NCBI GenBank assembly: GCA_036402855.1
Contig: DASWSC010000079.1
Location: forward strand, 1 to 41,638
From: Candidatus Elarobacter sp.
GTDB lineage: Bacteria > Vulcanimicrobiota > Vulcanimicrobiia > Vulcanimicrobiales > Vulcanimicrobiaceae
Length of the DNA stretch: 41,638 nucleotides
Direction: 5' to 3'
This document shows, one piece after another, positions 9,609-19,618 of this stretch (its first letter is position 1; the number at the start of each line of letters is the position of its first letter). The position numbers and the translations under genes were made by a program. The notes beneath the pieces are model-generated. The model worked only from the letters and a program-made list of their open reading frames with translations. It was not told where the DNA came from and made no database searches.

Positions 9609-10108
9609 ACGACAAAGAAATCGTTTTGACCCGCGACGGGCTCAAGAAGCTCGAAGACGAGCTCGACGAGCTCAAGACGGTCCATCGCCGCGAGGTCAAC
9701 GAACGCATCCGTCAGGCCAAAGAGTTCGGCGACATCTCCGAAAACGCCGAGTACGAGGACGCGAAGCAGGAGCAGGCCTTCGTCGAGGGGCGCATCCTCA
9801 AGCTCGAAGCGATGATTCGCAACGCGCGCGTCATCGACGCGTCCGACTACGTCGCGGACGAAGTGCATCTCGGCGCGACCATCAAGGTCAAAGAGACGAG
9901 CTCCGGCACCTCGCACGAGTTCACGATCGTGGGCTCCGCCGAAGCGGACCCGAAGAACGCGCGGCTCTCGAACGAGTCGCCGCTCGGGCGCTCGCTCATG
10001 GGCCGCAAGAAGGGCGAGACGGTCGACGTCACCACGCCGCGCGGCTTGATGAAGTACAAGATCGAGTCGATCAACAAGGACCCCAAGAAAACCAAGAAGG
10101 CCTCCTAA
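9605..10108 (+). CDS. greA: Transcription elongation factor GreA
   Basis: TTG start; AKEFGDISENAEYEDAK, SNESPLGRSLMG. Confidence 0.95.
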   Translation: MNDKEIVLTRDGLKKLEDELDELKTVHRREVNERIRQAKEFGDISENAEYEDAKQEQAFVEGRILKLEAMIRNARVIDASDYVADEVHLGATIKVKETSSGTSHEFTIVGSAEADPKNARLSNESPLGRSLMGRKKGETVDVTTPRGLMKYKIESINKDPKKTKKAS

Positions 10109-10117
10109 CGGCGCGCC

Positions 10118-11626
10118 GTGCCTGATCTCGTAGCCGCGCGGCGCGCAAGGCTGGCCGCGCTGCGCGAGCGCGGCGCCGACCCGTTCGCCGCGACGCGGTA
10201 CGACGTCACCGCGCACGCGGCGGACCTCGCCTCGGCGTATGCGGAGCTTCCGGAACAGGGCCGGGCCGAGGACGCGGCGTGGTCGATCGCCGGGCGCATC
10301 ATGGCGGTGCGCGGCCAAGGGAAGGTCATCTTCTTCGATCTGCACGACCGGACCGGCCGTTTTCAGCTCTTCGTGCGCGCCAACGACGTCGGCGAGGAGG
10401 CCTTCGCGATCGCGAAGGAGCTCGAGCGCGGCGACATCGCCGGCGCGACGGGCTTCGTCTTCCGCACGAAGGCCGGCGATCTCTCGCTCTACGTGCGCAC
10501 GTTCGAGGTGCTCGGAAAGTCGCTCCAGCCGTTCCCCGACAAGTGGCACGGGCTGCAAGACGTCGAGAAGCGCTACCGGCGGCGGTACGTCGACCTGACG
10601 GTGAACCCGCACGTGCGCGACGTCATGATCCTGCGCTCGCGGATCGTCGCCGAGATGCGCCGCTTCATCGACGCGCAGGGATTCTTCGAGGTCGAGACGC
10701 CGGTGCTCCTGACCCTCGCCGGCGGCGCGTCGGCCCGTCCGTTCGTCACGCGCTCGAACGCGCTCGACATCGAGCTGAAGCTCCGCATCGCGACGGAGCT
10801 CTACCTCAAGCGCCTCATCGTCGGCGGGATGGAGCGCGTCTACGAGATCGGCCGCACGTTCCGCAACGAGGGGATCGACCACACCCACAACCCCGAGTTC
10901 ACGATGCTCGAGCTGTACGCGGCGTACTGGGACGTCACGGACATGATGCGCTTCAACGAGGAGCTCATGGCGCATCTCGCCCGCACCGTCCACGGCTCCG
11001 AGACCGTGATGCACGGCACCGACGCGATCTCGTTCGCGACGCCGTTCCGGCGCATCGGGTACCTCGAAGCGTTCCACGAGTTCGGCGGTCTCGAGCGCGA
11101 GCAGTTGCTCGATCCCGGAGCCGCGATGGGGCTGCTCGCCGAACACGGGATCCCGGAGTCGCCGACGCACGCCCACGCGCTCGACAAGCTGTTCGAGAAG
11201 ATCGTCGAGCCGAAGCTGCTGCAGCCGACGTTCGTCTACGGGTACCCGGTGGTGCTCTCGCCGCTCGCGAAGCGGATGCGCGACGACCCGGATCTCACCG
11301 AGCGCTACGAGCTCTTCGCGGCACACATGGAGCTCTCGAACGCGTTCACCGAGCTCAACGATCCCGACGATCAGCGCCGGCGCTTCGAGCTGCAGGTCGC
11401 CGAGAAGGCGGCGGGCGACGAAGAGATCCCGCCGCCCGACTGGGACTTCGTGACCGCGCTCGAGTACGGGATGCCGCCGACGGCGGGGATCGGGATCGGC
11501 GTCGACCGCCTCGTCATGATGCTGACCGACAACGCGTCGATCCGCGACGTGCTCCTCTTCCCCCTCCAGCGCCCGCTCCCGCCGGATGCGCGCGACCCGG
11601 ACGACGACGAGGCGCAATCGCCCTAG
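10118..11626 (+). CDS. lysS: Lysine--tRNA ligase (class II)
   Basis: OB-fold N-terminus, RYRRRYVDL, LRIATELYLKRL, FRNEGID, YGMPPTAGIGIGVDRL. Confidence 0.97.
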   Translation: MPDLVAARRARLAALRERGADPFAATRYDVTAHAADLASAYAELPEQGRAEDAAWSIAGRIMAVRGQGKVIFFDLHDRTGRFQLFVRANDVGEEAFAIAKELERGDIAGATGFVFRTKAGDLSLYVRTFEVLGKSLQPFPDKWHGLQDVEKRYRRRYVDLTVNPHVRDVMILRSRIVAEMRRFIDAQGFFEVETPVLLTLAGGASARPFVTRSNALDIELKLRIATELYLKRLIVGGMERVYEIGRTFRNEGIDHTHNPEFTMLELYAAYWDVTDMMRFNEELMAHLARTVHGSETVMHGTDAISFATPFRRIGYLEAFHEFGGLEREQLLDPGAAMGLLAEHGIPESPTHAHALDKLFEKIVEPKLLQPTFVYGYPVVLSPLAKRMRDDPDLTERYELFAAHMELSNAFTELNDPDDQRRRFELQVAEKAAGDEEIPPPDWDFVTALEYGMPPTAGIGIGVDRLVMMLTDNASIRDVLLFPLQRPLPPDARDPDDDEAQSP

Positions 11627-11719
11627 CGGCTACGCGACCGGGCTGAGGATTCGGCCCACACCGCCACGAATCGTACGGTACAAGAACGTTCAAGCGGACT
11701 TACGGGTGTATGATCTACC

Positions 11720-12049
11720 TTGCCACGCGCGCGACCAAAGAACCCCGGCCGGAGACACGTCACACTGTACCGCGCCGTGTCGGCCGCAGAGATGGCGCAG
11801 ATTCTACGTTCGAAGTCCTTTGAGATTGGAGGCGGCGTTGAAGGGAAGCATTTCTGGGACCGACGCTCTGACGCCGAGTGGTTTGCGATGAAGTACGGCG
11901 AACCGCATATCGTGCGGGCACGCTTTCACGATAGCGCGGCACGGGCGTTCTACCGATGGACGCATCTTGACGGTGACCGGCGCGCGCGGTTCGCCGACGA
12001 GAGGCAGATGAACGACGGCCTTCTCGACGTCGTGGAGATCGCATGGTAG
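11720..12049 (+). CDS. Orphan Rhs/polymorphic toxin C-terminal-like domain (possible ART fold)
   Basis: TLYRAVSAAE...GGVEGKHF...AEWFA resembles Rhs C-terminal domains; atypical codon usage; start uncertain. Confidence 0.5.
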   Translation: MPRARPKNPGRRHVTLYRAVSAAEMAQILRSKSFEIGGGVEGKHFWDRRSDAEWFAMKYGEPHIVRARFHDSAARAFYRWTHLDGDRRARFADERQMNDGLLDVVEIAW

Positions 12050-12408
12050 TGCAGTCGTCCCGCGCCCAGCACACGGCCGCACAGGGTGGCGCGAAAGCGC
12101 AAATCACATGGTTTCGTCATGCGCAAGGCGGGCGCCGGCAACTCCCCTCGGTGTCCACGTATCGAAGCGTCGCGCGCTTTGATGACGATCCCAATTACAG
12201 CCTTGGGACCTGGGATGTCGAAGTTCGTTTCGTAAAACCGCCCGGCTATGAGCGACCGTCTCCCGCGATCGTTTCATTTCTGTCCGAAGAGGCGCCGAAC
12301 CAGCTGCTGCATGCGGGAAGCCGGTTTGAATTGACGGAGGGACCCAAGGTGGTTGCCCGCGGTGAAGTGCTTCCTCGCGCGCCCCGCAAGTCCAGGACGC
12401 AGCAGTAG
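12043..12408 (+). CDS. Small EF-Tu domain-III-like beta-barrel protein, putative immunity protein
   Basis: AQITW...QGGRRQLP...YRSVARF and GSRFELTEGPKVVARGEV align by eye to the EF-Tu C-terminal domain; overlaps the upstream stop. Confidence 0.55.
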   Translation: MVVQSSRAQHTAAQGGAKAQITWFRHAQGGRRQLPSVSTYRSVARFDDDPNYSLGTWDVEVRFVKPPGYERPSPAIVSFLSEEAPNQLLHAGSRFELTEGPKVVARGEVLPRAPRKSRTQQ

Positions 12409-12454
12409 CGCGACCGTATACGCGCGACGTTCGGTGCTGCGCACGGCGGCCGCG

Positions 12455-12988
12455 GTGAGGTTCCTGGAGACGGCGCGGTTGATCTTGCGCGACAAGCGGC
12501 CGGAGGACTTCGGCTTCATCGCCTCGCTGTATGCGGACGCGCAGGTGATGCGGTACATCGGCGACGGAACGACGTTGGCGCGCGACGAGGTCGAAGCGCG
12601 TTTTCACCGGGTGATGGCGATCGAGAACGGGCCGGGGCACGAGCGGTGGGACGCGTTCAAGATCGTCGAGCGGAAGTCGGACGGCGCAGCGGTCGGCCAG
12701 GCGGGGATGCTGCGGTGCGAGATCGACGGTGAGCCGGAGGTCGAGGTCGGCTGGTGGCTGGCGCCCGCGGCGTGGGGCCACGGATACGCCACCGAAGCGG
12801 CGGCGGCGCTGTGCGACTACGCCTTCGGCACGCTCGGGCTCGACCACGTGAGCGTCGTGCTGCTGCCCGAAAACGCCAAATCGGTCGCGGTCGCCCGGCG
12901 GATCGGCGGCGAGCATGCCGGAACGGCACGGTACCGCGACCGCACGGTGACCCGCTACATCGTCCGCAACCATCCGAAACGCAGCTGA
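12455..12988 (+). CDS. GNAT N-acetyltransferase, RimJ/RimL family
   Basis: LETARLILR, EVGWWLAPAAWGHGYATEAA, ENAKSVAVARRIG. Confidence 0.9.
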   Translation: MRFLETARLILRDKRPEDFGFIASLYADAQVMRYIGDGTTLARDEVEARFHRVMAIENGPGHERWDAFKIVERKSDGAAVGQAGMLRCEIDGEPEVEVGWWLAPAAWGHGYATEAAAALCDYAFGTLGLDHVSVVLLPENAKSVAVARRIGGEHAGTARYRDRTVTRYIVRNHPKRS

Positions 12989-13003
12989 GTCCAACCGTTC
13001 GCC

Positions 13004-13459
13004 ATGCTGAAACGCGACCTGACCACTTCCTATCCGCGTTCCGTGCGCGAACCGTACCTCGGCGTCGTCCAGCTCGGGCGCGCCGTCGACAAGGGGATCG
13101 CGCTCGCCAACGGACTCAACGGCGAGTACAACTACGACTGCCCGATGGACAAAGCCGTCCTGGGCTTCCTCGGCGTCGACGGGAGCGCGCTGCTCGACGT
13201 CATCAAGAACGCGCGGAGCGAAGCGGACGTCGAAGCGTACCTCCAGCCCTTCGTCGACAAGAAGGCGCCGCAAGAGCTCGCCGCCTTCAACGCCGAGTTC
13301 CTGACCCATGCCCCGCAGCCGGGGACGCCGGGAGCCGAGTACTTCCTCGAGCTGCGCAACGAGGTTGCGCCCGACCGCACGGACGTCACGCAGTGGGCCG
13401 ATTTGCTCGACCTCGACGAAAAGCGCGATGTTCCGCGCCGGGTCCCCGCGACGGCCTAA
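13004..13459 (+). CDS. DUF5069-like protein
   Basis: DLTTSYPRS, LGRAVDK, GEYNYDCPMD, DLLDLDE family pattern. Confidence 0.7.
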   Translation: MLKRDLTTSYPRSVREPYLGVVQLGRAVDKGIALANGLNGEYNYDCPMDKAVLGFLGVDGSALLDVIKNARSEADVEAYLQPFVDKKAPQELAAFNAEFLTHAPQPGTPGAEYFLELRNEVAPDRTDVTQWADLLDLDEKRDVPRRVPATA

Positions 13460-13481
13460 CGATCTTCGCTCAGACCCCGGT

Positions 13482-13517
13482 GACGAGGCCGCTTTGTTCG
13501 GCCTCGTTTTCGTTTCT
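13482..13517 (+). terminator. Intrinsic terminator
   Basis: ACGAGGCCG-ctttgtt-CGGCCTCGT hairpin followed by TTTCGTTTC. Confidence 0.7.
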
Positions 13518-13645
13518 GGCAGCACGCTGAGGGCGACCGAGCGGACGAAACGAGACGCATCCTGAGAGCGCCGCGTTTTTCCTACCGCGGCGCACCTCGA
13601 GTGGGCTCGGACGGACGCCGACATTCATCTTCATTCGGAGCTCGC

Positions 13646-14275
13646 ATGCTCGACGACAGTGGGGCTATACTCGGCGACTTGTTCGCACAGCCCTTTACCT
13701 CGGCGTTCCTCGGCGCCGTCCTCGCACACGACTATGAAACACATCGGCACCTCATCAACGTCGGGATGCTGAGCGCACGGGTTGGGCGAACCGCCGGGCT
13801 TTCGCGCGATGAAGCGACGGTGCTCGGACAAGCCGGGCTCTTCCACGACATCGGCAAGCTGCACATCCGTCGCGCGCTGCTGAACGCGCGGCACGAGCTG
13901 AGCGAGGCGGAATGGCGCATCCTCAAAGCGCACGCGGCGCGCGGCGAGCAGATGCTGCACGCGCAAGGCGCGGGAACGATCGCCGCGATCGTGCGCGGAC
14001 ACCATGAGCGGCTCGACGGCTCGGGCTATCCCGACGGCCTGCGCGGGCACGCGATCCCGTTGGAGACGCGGCTGCTCGCGGTGGTCGACGCGTACGACGC
14101 GATGCGCTCGGGACGGCCGTACGCCGCGGCGATCTCGCACGAAGAAGCGCTGGAGCGGCTGATCCTCGCCGACCACCTCTTCGATCCGGATGCGGTTGCG
14201 GCGCTGGCCGCGACGCTCGGCGCTAGTCAGGCCGAGGCGCACGCTCGGCGAAAGGCGCTCGCGCCGATTTCGTGA
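13646..14275 (+). CDS. Stand-alone HD-GYP phosphodiesterase (cyclic dinucleotide)
   Basis: FHDIGK, HHERLDGSGYPDGL, VVDAYDAM; GGAG RBS. Confidence 0.88.
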   Translation: MLDDSGAILGDLFAQPFTSAFLGAVLAHDYETHRHLINVGMLSARVGRTAGLSRDEATVLGQAGLFHDIGKLHIRRALLNARHELSEAEWRILKAHAARGEQMLHAQGAGTIAAIVRGHHERLDGSGYPDGLRGHAIPLETRLLAVVDAYDAMRSGRPYAAAISHEEALERLILADHLFDPDAVAALAATLGASQAEAHARRKALAPIS

Positions 14276-15060
14276 ACCGGTCGCCCGTGCCGACGTACCG
14301 GCTCGTCGTCGAATACGACGGCGGCGCGTTTCACGGGTTCCAGTACCAGCCGGCGCTCCGCACGGTCGCCGGCGTGCTCGAAGCGGCGCTCTCGCCGCTG
14401 TTTCACGAGCCGGTGAAGGTCAGTTCTGCCGGACGAACCGATGCGGGCGTCCACGCGACGGGGCAGGTCATCTCGTTCGCCGCGCAGCGCGAGTTCCCGA
14501 TCGCGCGCCTGCGTCTGGCGCTGAACGGGAGCACGCCGTACGATCTCACCGTGCGCGACGCAGCCGTCGTCGACGACGGATTTTCCGCGCGCTTCGACGC
14601 GCTCGAGCGGATCTACGATTACCTGATCCTCGACCGGCGCTTCCCCTCGGCGCTGTGGCGCGCGCGCGCCTGGCACGTCCCGCGCCCGATCGACGACGCG
14701 CGGTTCGCCGAGGCCGCGCGGCCCTTGCTCGGCGAGCACGATTTCATGGCCTTTTGCGGCGAGCTCCCGGAGCGCGGCGGAACGGTTCGCGAGGTTCGGG
14801 AGATCGCGCTGGTACGCCGCGGCGACCTCATCCGCGTCACGGTGCGCGGCAACGGGTTCCTGCACCGCATGGTCCGCGTCATCGTCGGGACGCTCGCCGG
14901 CTGCGCGACCGGCTACCGCGACGTCGAGTTCGCGCGGCGCGCGCTGGAGTCGCGGGAGCGCGGGGCGGCGGGTGCCACGGCGCCCCCGCACGGTCTCTAT
15001 CTCGCCGGCGTACGCTACGCCGGGTTGGACACGTACCGCCCGGTCGAGCTTGCGCCCTGA
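14272..15060 (+). CDS. truA: tRNA pseudouridine(38-40) synthase
   Basis: [41 protein letters not shown]. Confidence 0.95.
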   Translation: MNRSPVPTYRLVVEYDGGAFHGFQYQPALRTVAGVLEAALSPLFHEPVKVSSAGRTDAGVHATGQVISFAAQREFPIARLRLALNGSTPYDLTVRDAAVVDDGFSARFDALERIYDYLILDRRFPSALWRARAWHVPRPIDDARFAEAARPLLGEHDFMAFCGELPERGGTVREVREIALVRRGDLIRVTVRGNGFLHRMVRVIVGTLAGCATGYRDVEFARRALESRERGAAGATAPPHGLYLAGVRYAGLDTYRPVELAP

Positions 15061-16397
15061 CCGCCCGCGATCGCCGCGACCCGCTCGCGGATGGTGTCGG
15101 CGATCCCGTCGAGCCCCGCGCTCGCGTCGCGCGTCGTCCGGCTCGCCGCGGCGAGCGCTTTCGACGAGGCGACGAGATGGTCGCAGGCCGCGCGCTGCCG
15201 CTCGATCGCGGTCTCCACGCCGGCGGCGTTGCGCTGGATCGCCGCGATGATGTCGACGATCTGCTGGTTCGCGAAGTTCTGCTCTTCGAGTGAGCGCGCG
15301 GCGGCGCGCATCAAGTCGTTCATCTGCTCGACGGAGTTCACGATCGCCGACGCGCCGCCGGCCTGTTCGCGTGCCGCCATCGAGATCTGCTCGATCAGCC
15401 GGTTCGCCTCGCCGACGGCGGAGGAGATGTCACCGATCGCGCGGCCCGCGACGTCGGCCATCTGCAGACCGCCTTCGGCCTTCTTGCCGGAGTCCGTCGT
15501 CGAGCGCACGACCTCGCCGGTCTTGGCCTGGATGTCCTTGACCAGGGTGCCGATCTCGCGCGTCGAGTGCGCCGAGCTTTCGGCCAGCTTGCGCACTTCG
15601 TCGGCGACGACGGCGAAGCCGCGCCCGTGTTCGCCGGCGCGCGCCGCTTCGATCGCCGCGTTGAGCGCGAGCAGGTTCGTCTGATCGGCGATCGCGTCGA
15701 TCACTTCGACGATCGCGCCGATGCGCTCGGAGGCGCTGCCCAGCTCCTGCATCTTCGCGACGACCGCGGTGATGTCGTCCGCGACCTCGCGCGTGGAGCG
15801 GACGAGCCGTTCGACCGCGACGCCGCCGTCCTTCGCCTTCCGGTCGGCTTCGAGCGAGAGCGTCGACGCCTCGCGCGCGCTGCCCGCGACTTGGCTGACC
15901 GAGACGGCGAGCTGGCCGATCGCCGAGCTCACGCTGGCGACGTTGTCGGCGAGCTCCGTGATGTTCCCCGAGACCGTGCTGATCGAGGCGACGGTCTCTT
16001 CGACCGCCGCGCCGGCTTGCGTCACGCCGGCGGTGAGCTCGCCGACCGCCGCGCTGGCCAGCGTCTGCTCGCCCATCGCGGCGCGGAGCGCGTCCTGCGC
16101 CGACGTCCCGACCGAGTCGCGCGCGCTGACCGCTTCGATCATGCGCGCGTGGCGTTCGGCGAGCTCGTCGACGGCCGGGGCGAGCGCCGTCACGGCGTCG
16201 CTGCGTCGCCGGGCTTCGATCAGCGCGGCGACGACGTCCTCGATGGAGACGGCGCCGGCGACGTCGAGCGCGCCCTGGAGCATCGCCTGCTGCGCCTTGA
16301 GCGCGGACGAGGCGCGCCGGTAGGCCAGCGCCGCGGTGGCGGCGAGCGCGGTGGCGAGGACCGCGGCCGCGATCCAGAAAACGTCGAACCAGCTCAC
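15015..16397 (-). CDS. Methyl-accepting chemotaxis protein with a single N-terminal TM
   Basis: [38 protein letters not shown] hairpin-tip motif; GGAGGG RBS. Confidence 0.92.
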   Translation of the reverse strand: MSWFDVFWIAAAVLATALAATAALAYRRASSALKAQQAMLQGALDVAGAVSIEDVVAALIEARRRSDAVTALAPAVDELAERHARMIEAVSARDSVGTSAQDALRAAMGEQTLASAAVGELTAGVTQAGAAVEETVASISTVSGNITELADNVASVSSAIGQLAVSVSQVAGSAREASTLSLEADRKAKDGGVAVERLVRSTREVADDITAVVAKMQELGSASERIGAIVEVIDAIADQTNLLALNAAIEAARAGEHGRGFAVVADEVRKLAESSAHSTREIGTLVKDIQAKTGEVVRSTTDSGKKAEGGLQMADVAGRAIGDISSAVGEANRLIEQISMAAREQAGGASAIVNSVEQMNDLMRAAARSLEEQNFANQQIVDIIAAIQRNAAGVETAIERQRAACDHLVASSKALAAASRTTRDASAGLDGIADTIRERVAAIAGGQGASSTGRYVSNPA

Positions 16398-16567
16398 TCG
16401 GGAACCCTCCGTTGTGCGCGCGAGCCTACTGTTCGTCGTATCGGTTGACCGGGGTCGCCACTTGACGGCGCTCCGCCCGGGCTGACCGGCACGTGAGGGC
16501 TCCAGGCCCGGCTGCTCGGTTGGGCTGACGAGCTTCCGGTCGAAGGCGCGGGAGCGGCGTCTCTCGG

Positions 16568-16597
16568 TTGACTTCCGGTCCACCGGGCCCGTATACT
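16568..16597 (+). promoter_or_regulatory. Sigma70-type promoter of rplM-rpsI
   Basis: TTGACT-N18-TATACT about 70 nt upstream of rplM. Confidence 0.7.
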
Positions 16598-16666
16598 GCG
16601 TAGGTTGCCGTGGCCTCAGCCTGTGCTGAGGTTGCCGGCGGCCTCCTTGCCATTCCGACGGACCCC

Positions 16667-17092
16667 ATGCGCACATATCAGCAAAAAACGGCCGAGACTC
16701 AGCACGATTGGTACATCGTCGACGCGACCGGGCAGCGGCTCGGGACGCTCGCGGTGCGCATCGCGCGCGCCCTTTCAGGCCGCACCAAACCGACCTGGAC
16801 CCCGCACATCGACGACGGCGATCACGTCGTCGTGCTCAACGCCGAGAAGGTCGAGCTGGCCCCGCGGAAGTGGACGCAGAAGGTCTACCACCGGCACTCC
16901 GGCTTCCCGGGCGGCCTCCGCACCGAGACCGCCGCGCAGGTCCGCGAAAAGTACCCGGAGCGCCTGATCGAGCGTGCCGTCCGCGGGATGCTGGCGACGA
17001 ACCGCATGCGCGACGTGCAGCTCGGCCGCCTCAAGGTCTACGCCGGAACCGATCACCCGCACACCGCTCAGCAGCCGAAGGCGCTCGTCTAG
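16667..17092 (+). CDS. rplM: 50S ribosomal protein L13
   Basis: [39 protein letters not shown]. Confidence 0.97.
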   Translation: MRTYQQKTAETQHDWYIVDATGQRLGTLAVRIARALSGRTKPTWTPHIDDGDHVVVLNAEKVELAPRKWTQKVYHRHSGFPGGLRTETAAQVREKYPERLIERAVRGMLATNRMRDVQLGRLKVYAGTDHPHTAQQPKALV

Positions 17093-17488
17093 ATGCAGAC
17101 TTCCGATCTCTTCAACGGCACCGGCCGCCGCAAGCGCGGGATCGCGCGCGTTCGCCTGACCCTGGGTCAGGGCGTCATCACGGTCAACAAGAAGCCGGTC
17201 GACGAGTACTTCCCGCGCCCGACGCTCCAGATGATCGTCCGCCAGCCGCTCGAGGTGACGCAGTCGCTCACGCGCTTCAACGTCGACGTGAAGTGCGAAG
17301 GCGGCGGGGTCTCCGGTCAGGCCGGCGCGGTACGCCACGGGATCGCCCGCGCGCTGCTCGAGATGGACGAGTCACTGCGCGAGCCGCTGCGCAAGAACGG
17401 TCTGCTCACCCGCGACCCGCGCGAAAAAGAGTCGAAGAAGTACGGCCGCAAGAAGGCTCGCAAGCGCTTCCAGTTCTCGAAGCGCTGA
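17093..17488 (+). CDS. rpsI: 30S ribosomal protein S9
   Basis: [37 protein letters not shown]. Confidence 0.97.
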   Translation: MQTSDLFNGTGRRKRGIARVRLTLGQGVITVNKKPVDEYFPRPTLQMIVRQPLEVTQSLTRFNVDVKCEGGGVSGQAGAVRHGIARALLEMDESLREPLRKNGLLTRDPREKESKKYGRKKARKRFQFSKR

Positions 17489-17493
17489 TCTCC

Positions 17494-17526
17494 GAAGGCC
17501 CGGGACGCTCCCGGGCCTTTTCGTTT
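17494..17526 (+). terminator. Intrinsic terminator after rpsI
   Basis: AAGGCCCGGGA-cgc-TCCCGGGCCTT followed by a T tract. Confidence 0.85.
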
Positions 17527-17533
17527 GCCGGGC

Positions 17534-17758
17534 TCAGGGGCAGCCGCCGTGCGCGGCGCACCACATCGGAATCGTCGCCGGCGCGCTGATCATCACGGCG
17601 ATCACCGCGAAGGCCAGCGCGATCCCGATGGCGAGCGCGGTGACGACGGCGAACCCTTCGGCGTCGTCGGCGCGGTCGGCGCGGCGGCGGGCGGTGCGGG
17701 CGATCGCCAGCGCGGCGGCGACCGGGTCGGGGGAGGCGGCGGAGGCGTGCGTCATCAT
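17534..17758 (-). CDS. Small single-TM membrane protein
   Basis: Hydrophobic FAVVTALAIGIALAFAVIAVMI segment, C-terminal CAAHGGCP. Confidence 0.5.
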   Translation of the reverse strand: MMTHASAASPDPVAAALAIARTARRRADRADDAEGFAVVTALAIGIALAFAVIAVMISAPATIPMWCAAHGGCP

Positions 17759-17812
17759 GCGCCAACCATAGCCGCCGGCGGGCAGTCCGAACGTCCGTAG
17801 TACTACGGAACC

Positions 17813-19525
17813 TCAGGCGACGGCGAAGATCGTGACCGGCTCGGCCTTGCCGCGGATCTTGGCGATCAGCTTCTCCGCAGCGGGACGGTCGCGCAGCCGC
17901 TGGTAGGTGCGGTCGTCGACGTACGTCTTGCCGGGCGGCGCGGCCCCTTGGAGGCGGCTCGCGAGGTTCGCGGCGTCGCCGATGACGGTGTAGTCCATTC
18001 GCTTCGGGCTGCCGATGTGGCCCGCGACGACCTCGCCGGTGGCGACGCCGATCGAGACGCGCAGGGCCTTCCCGTCGGCCTGGATCTCGGCGGCCGCGCG
18101 GTGCAGCGCCTGCGCGACGGAGATCGCGCGCGCGGCGTCGTCGTCGCGGACGCGCGGCGGCCCGAAGACGACCATCAAGCCGTCGCCGTAGAACTTGTCG
18201 AGCAGACCGTCGTGCTCGAAGACGATCTGCACGGCGGCGCTGAAGAAGTGGTTGAGGATCTCGACGACCGCTTCGGCGTCGAGCCGCTCGGCGAGCTCGG
18301 TGAAGCCGTCGAGATCGGCGAACAGGATCGTCGCGGTCGCGCGCTCGCCGCCGAGCGCGACGCCGCCGGGAGCGCGCATCAGCTGCTCGACGACGTGCGG
18401 AGCGAGATAGCGCGCGAACGCGTCGCGGATCGCGCGCCGCTGCTCGACGTCGGCCGCGTGCAGCCGTTCGAGCTTCCGCCGTTCGGTGAGATCGGTGACG
18501 GCGATCGCCCAGCCGTGCCTCCCGCTGCCGTCGGGGAGATCGAGCGGCGCGGTGCGCACTTCGAGCAGCAGATCGCCGCGCGTCGGATGATGCGCCTCGA
18601 GCTCGGCGGGTTTCGTCGGCAGTAGGTTGTCCTCGAGGATCGTCGTGATCCCCGGGATGAGCGCTTCCAGCGCACGGACCGGCTTTCCGATCATCGTCGT
18701 GCCGGGGACGCCGAACGTGTCGGCGGCGGCGTCGTTGAACGTGGCGATCGCGCCGAGCCCGTCGACCGTGATGACGCCGCTGGTGATCGAGCCGAGGATC
18801 CGCGCCTGGAGCTGCTCGAGCCGGCTGATCTCGACCACCTGCGCGCGCAGCGCGTCGAACAGCCGCGCGTTCTCGATCGCGAGCGCCGCCTGGTTCGCGA
18901 ACGCGGTCAGCAGATCGGGATCGTGCGGCGAGAACAGGCCGGGCGCGAGCCGCGAGTCGAGGTAGACGACCCCGATCGTGCGCGCCTTGATGGCGAGCGG
19001 GACGCAGATGATCGAGCGCAGCCGGAGCGCGCGGACGGAGAGGTTGATGTTGAAGCGGGGGTCCTGCTGCGCGTCCGTCGTGACGATCGGCTCGCCCGTC
19101 TCGAAGACGCGGCGTACCGTCGTGTGCGAGGGCCGCATGTCGTCGCCCTCGACGGTCGCGCGGTCGATCCCGTACGTCGTCGTGAGCTCCAGCTTCCCGC
19201 CGGCGTCGGCGATCATCAGGAAGCCGCGCTCGGCTTTCATCACGTCGACGGCGGTGTCCAGCACCGTGCGGAGCACGACGTCGAGCTCGAGCGAGGAGTT
19301 GACGGTCTCCGCGACCCGTCCGAGGGTGCGCAGCTTCGAGAGCTCGCGCTCGGCGTTCGTCGCGGAGGCGGCGAGGCGGCTCTGCAGCGAAGCGCGCTCG
19401 AGGGCTAGGGTCTCGTAGGCGCGCTCGGCCTCCGCGACCGCTGCAAGCAGCGCGGGGTCACCGCTTGCCGCGGCGCGGGCGCGCAGCGCGGCAAGGGCGC
19501 CGGCGCCCGGCTGCGGAGCGTTCAC
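17813..19525 (-). CDS. GAF-PAS class III adenylate cyclase
   Basis: GAF (RSIICVPL, FANQAALAIENARL), PAS, ILFADLDGFT, DKFYGDG, DYTVIGDAANLASRL; K/D residues indicate ATP specificity. Confidence 0.92.
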   Translation of the reverse strand: MNAPQPGAGALAALRARAAASGDPALLAAVAEAERAYETLALERASLQSRLAASATNAERELSKLRTLGRVAETVNSSLELDVVLRTVLDTAVDVMKAERGFLMIADAGGKLELTTTYGIDRATVEGDDMRPSHTTVRRVFETGEPIVTTDAQQDPRFNINLSVRALRLRSIICVPLAIKARTIGVVYLDSRLAPGLFSPHDPDLLTAFANQAALAIENARLFDALRAQVVEISRLEQLQARILGSITSGVITVDGLGAIATFNDAAADTFGVPGTTMIGKPVRALEALIPGITTILEDNLLPTKPAELEAHHPTRGDLLLEVRTAPLDLPDGSGRHGWAIAVTDLTERRKLERLHAADVEQRRAIRDAFARYLAPHVVEQLMRAPGGVALGGERATATILFADLDGFTELAERLDAEAVVEILNHFFSAAVQIVFEHDGLLDKFYGDGLMVVFGPPRVRDDDAARAISVAQALHRAAAEIQADGKALRVSIGVATGEVVAGHIGSPKRMDYTVIGDAANLASRLQGAAPPGKTYVDDRTYQRLRDRPAAEKLIAKIRGKAEPVTIFAVA

Positions 19526-19618
19526 CGCTGCCTTCGGCGGCTTCGACGGAACGGCACGCGGCGAAGTTCCTCACTTCTCGGCAACGTTCCGCTCATCTCG
19601 CTGCGAGATGCTCGCGCC

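Noticed and set aside
13525-13595. Possible hammerhead ribozyme or c-di-GMP riboswitch before the HD-GYP gene (CTGAG...GAAAC, hairpins)
   Set aside because: The core is CTGAGGG rather than CUGANGA, and the GEMM motifs GGCAAA/GACGCAAA are missing
16400-16560. c-di-AMP or c-di-GMP riboswitch upstream of the MCP
   Set aside because: Only fragmentary GTCAGC similarity; conserved cores not found
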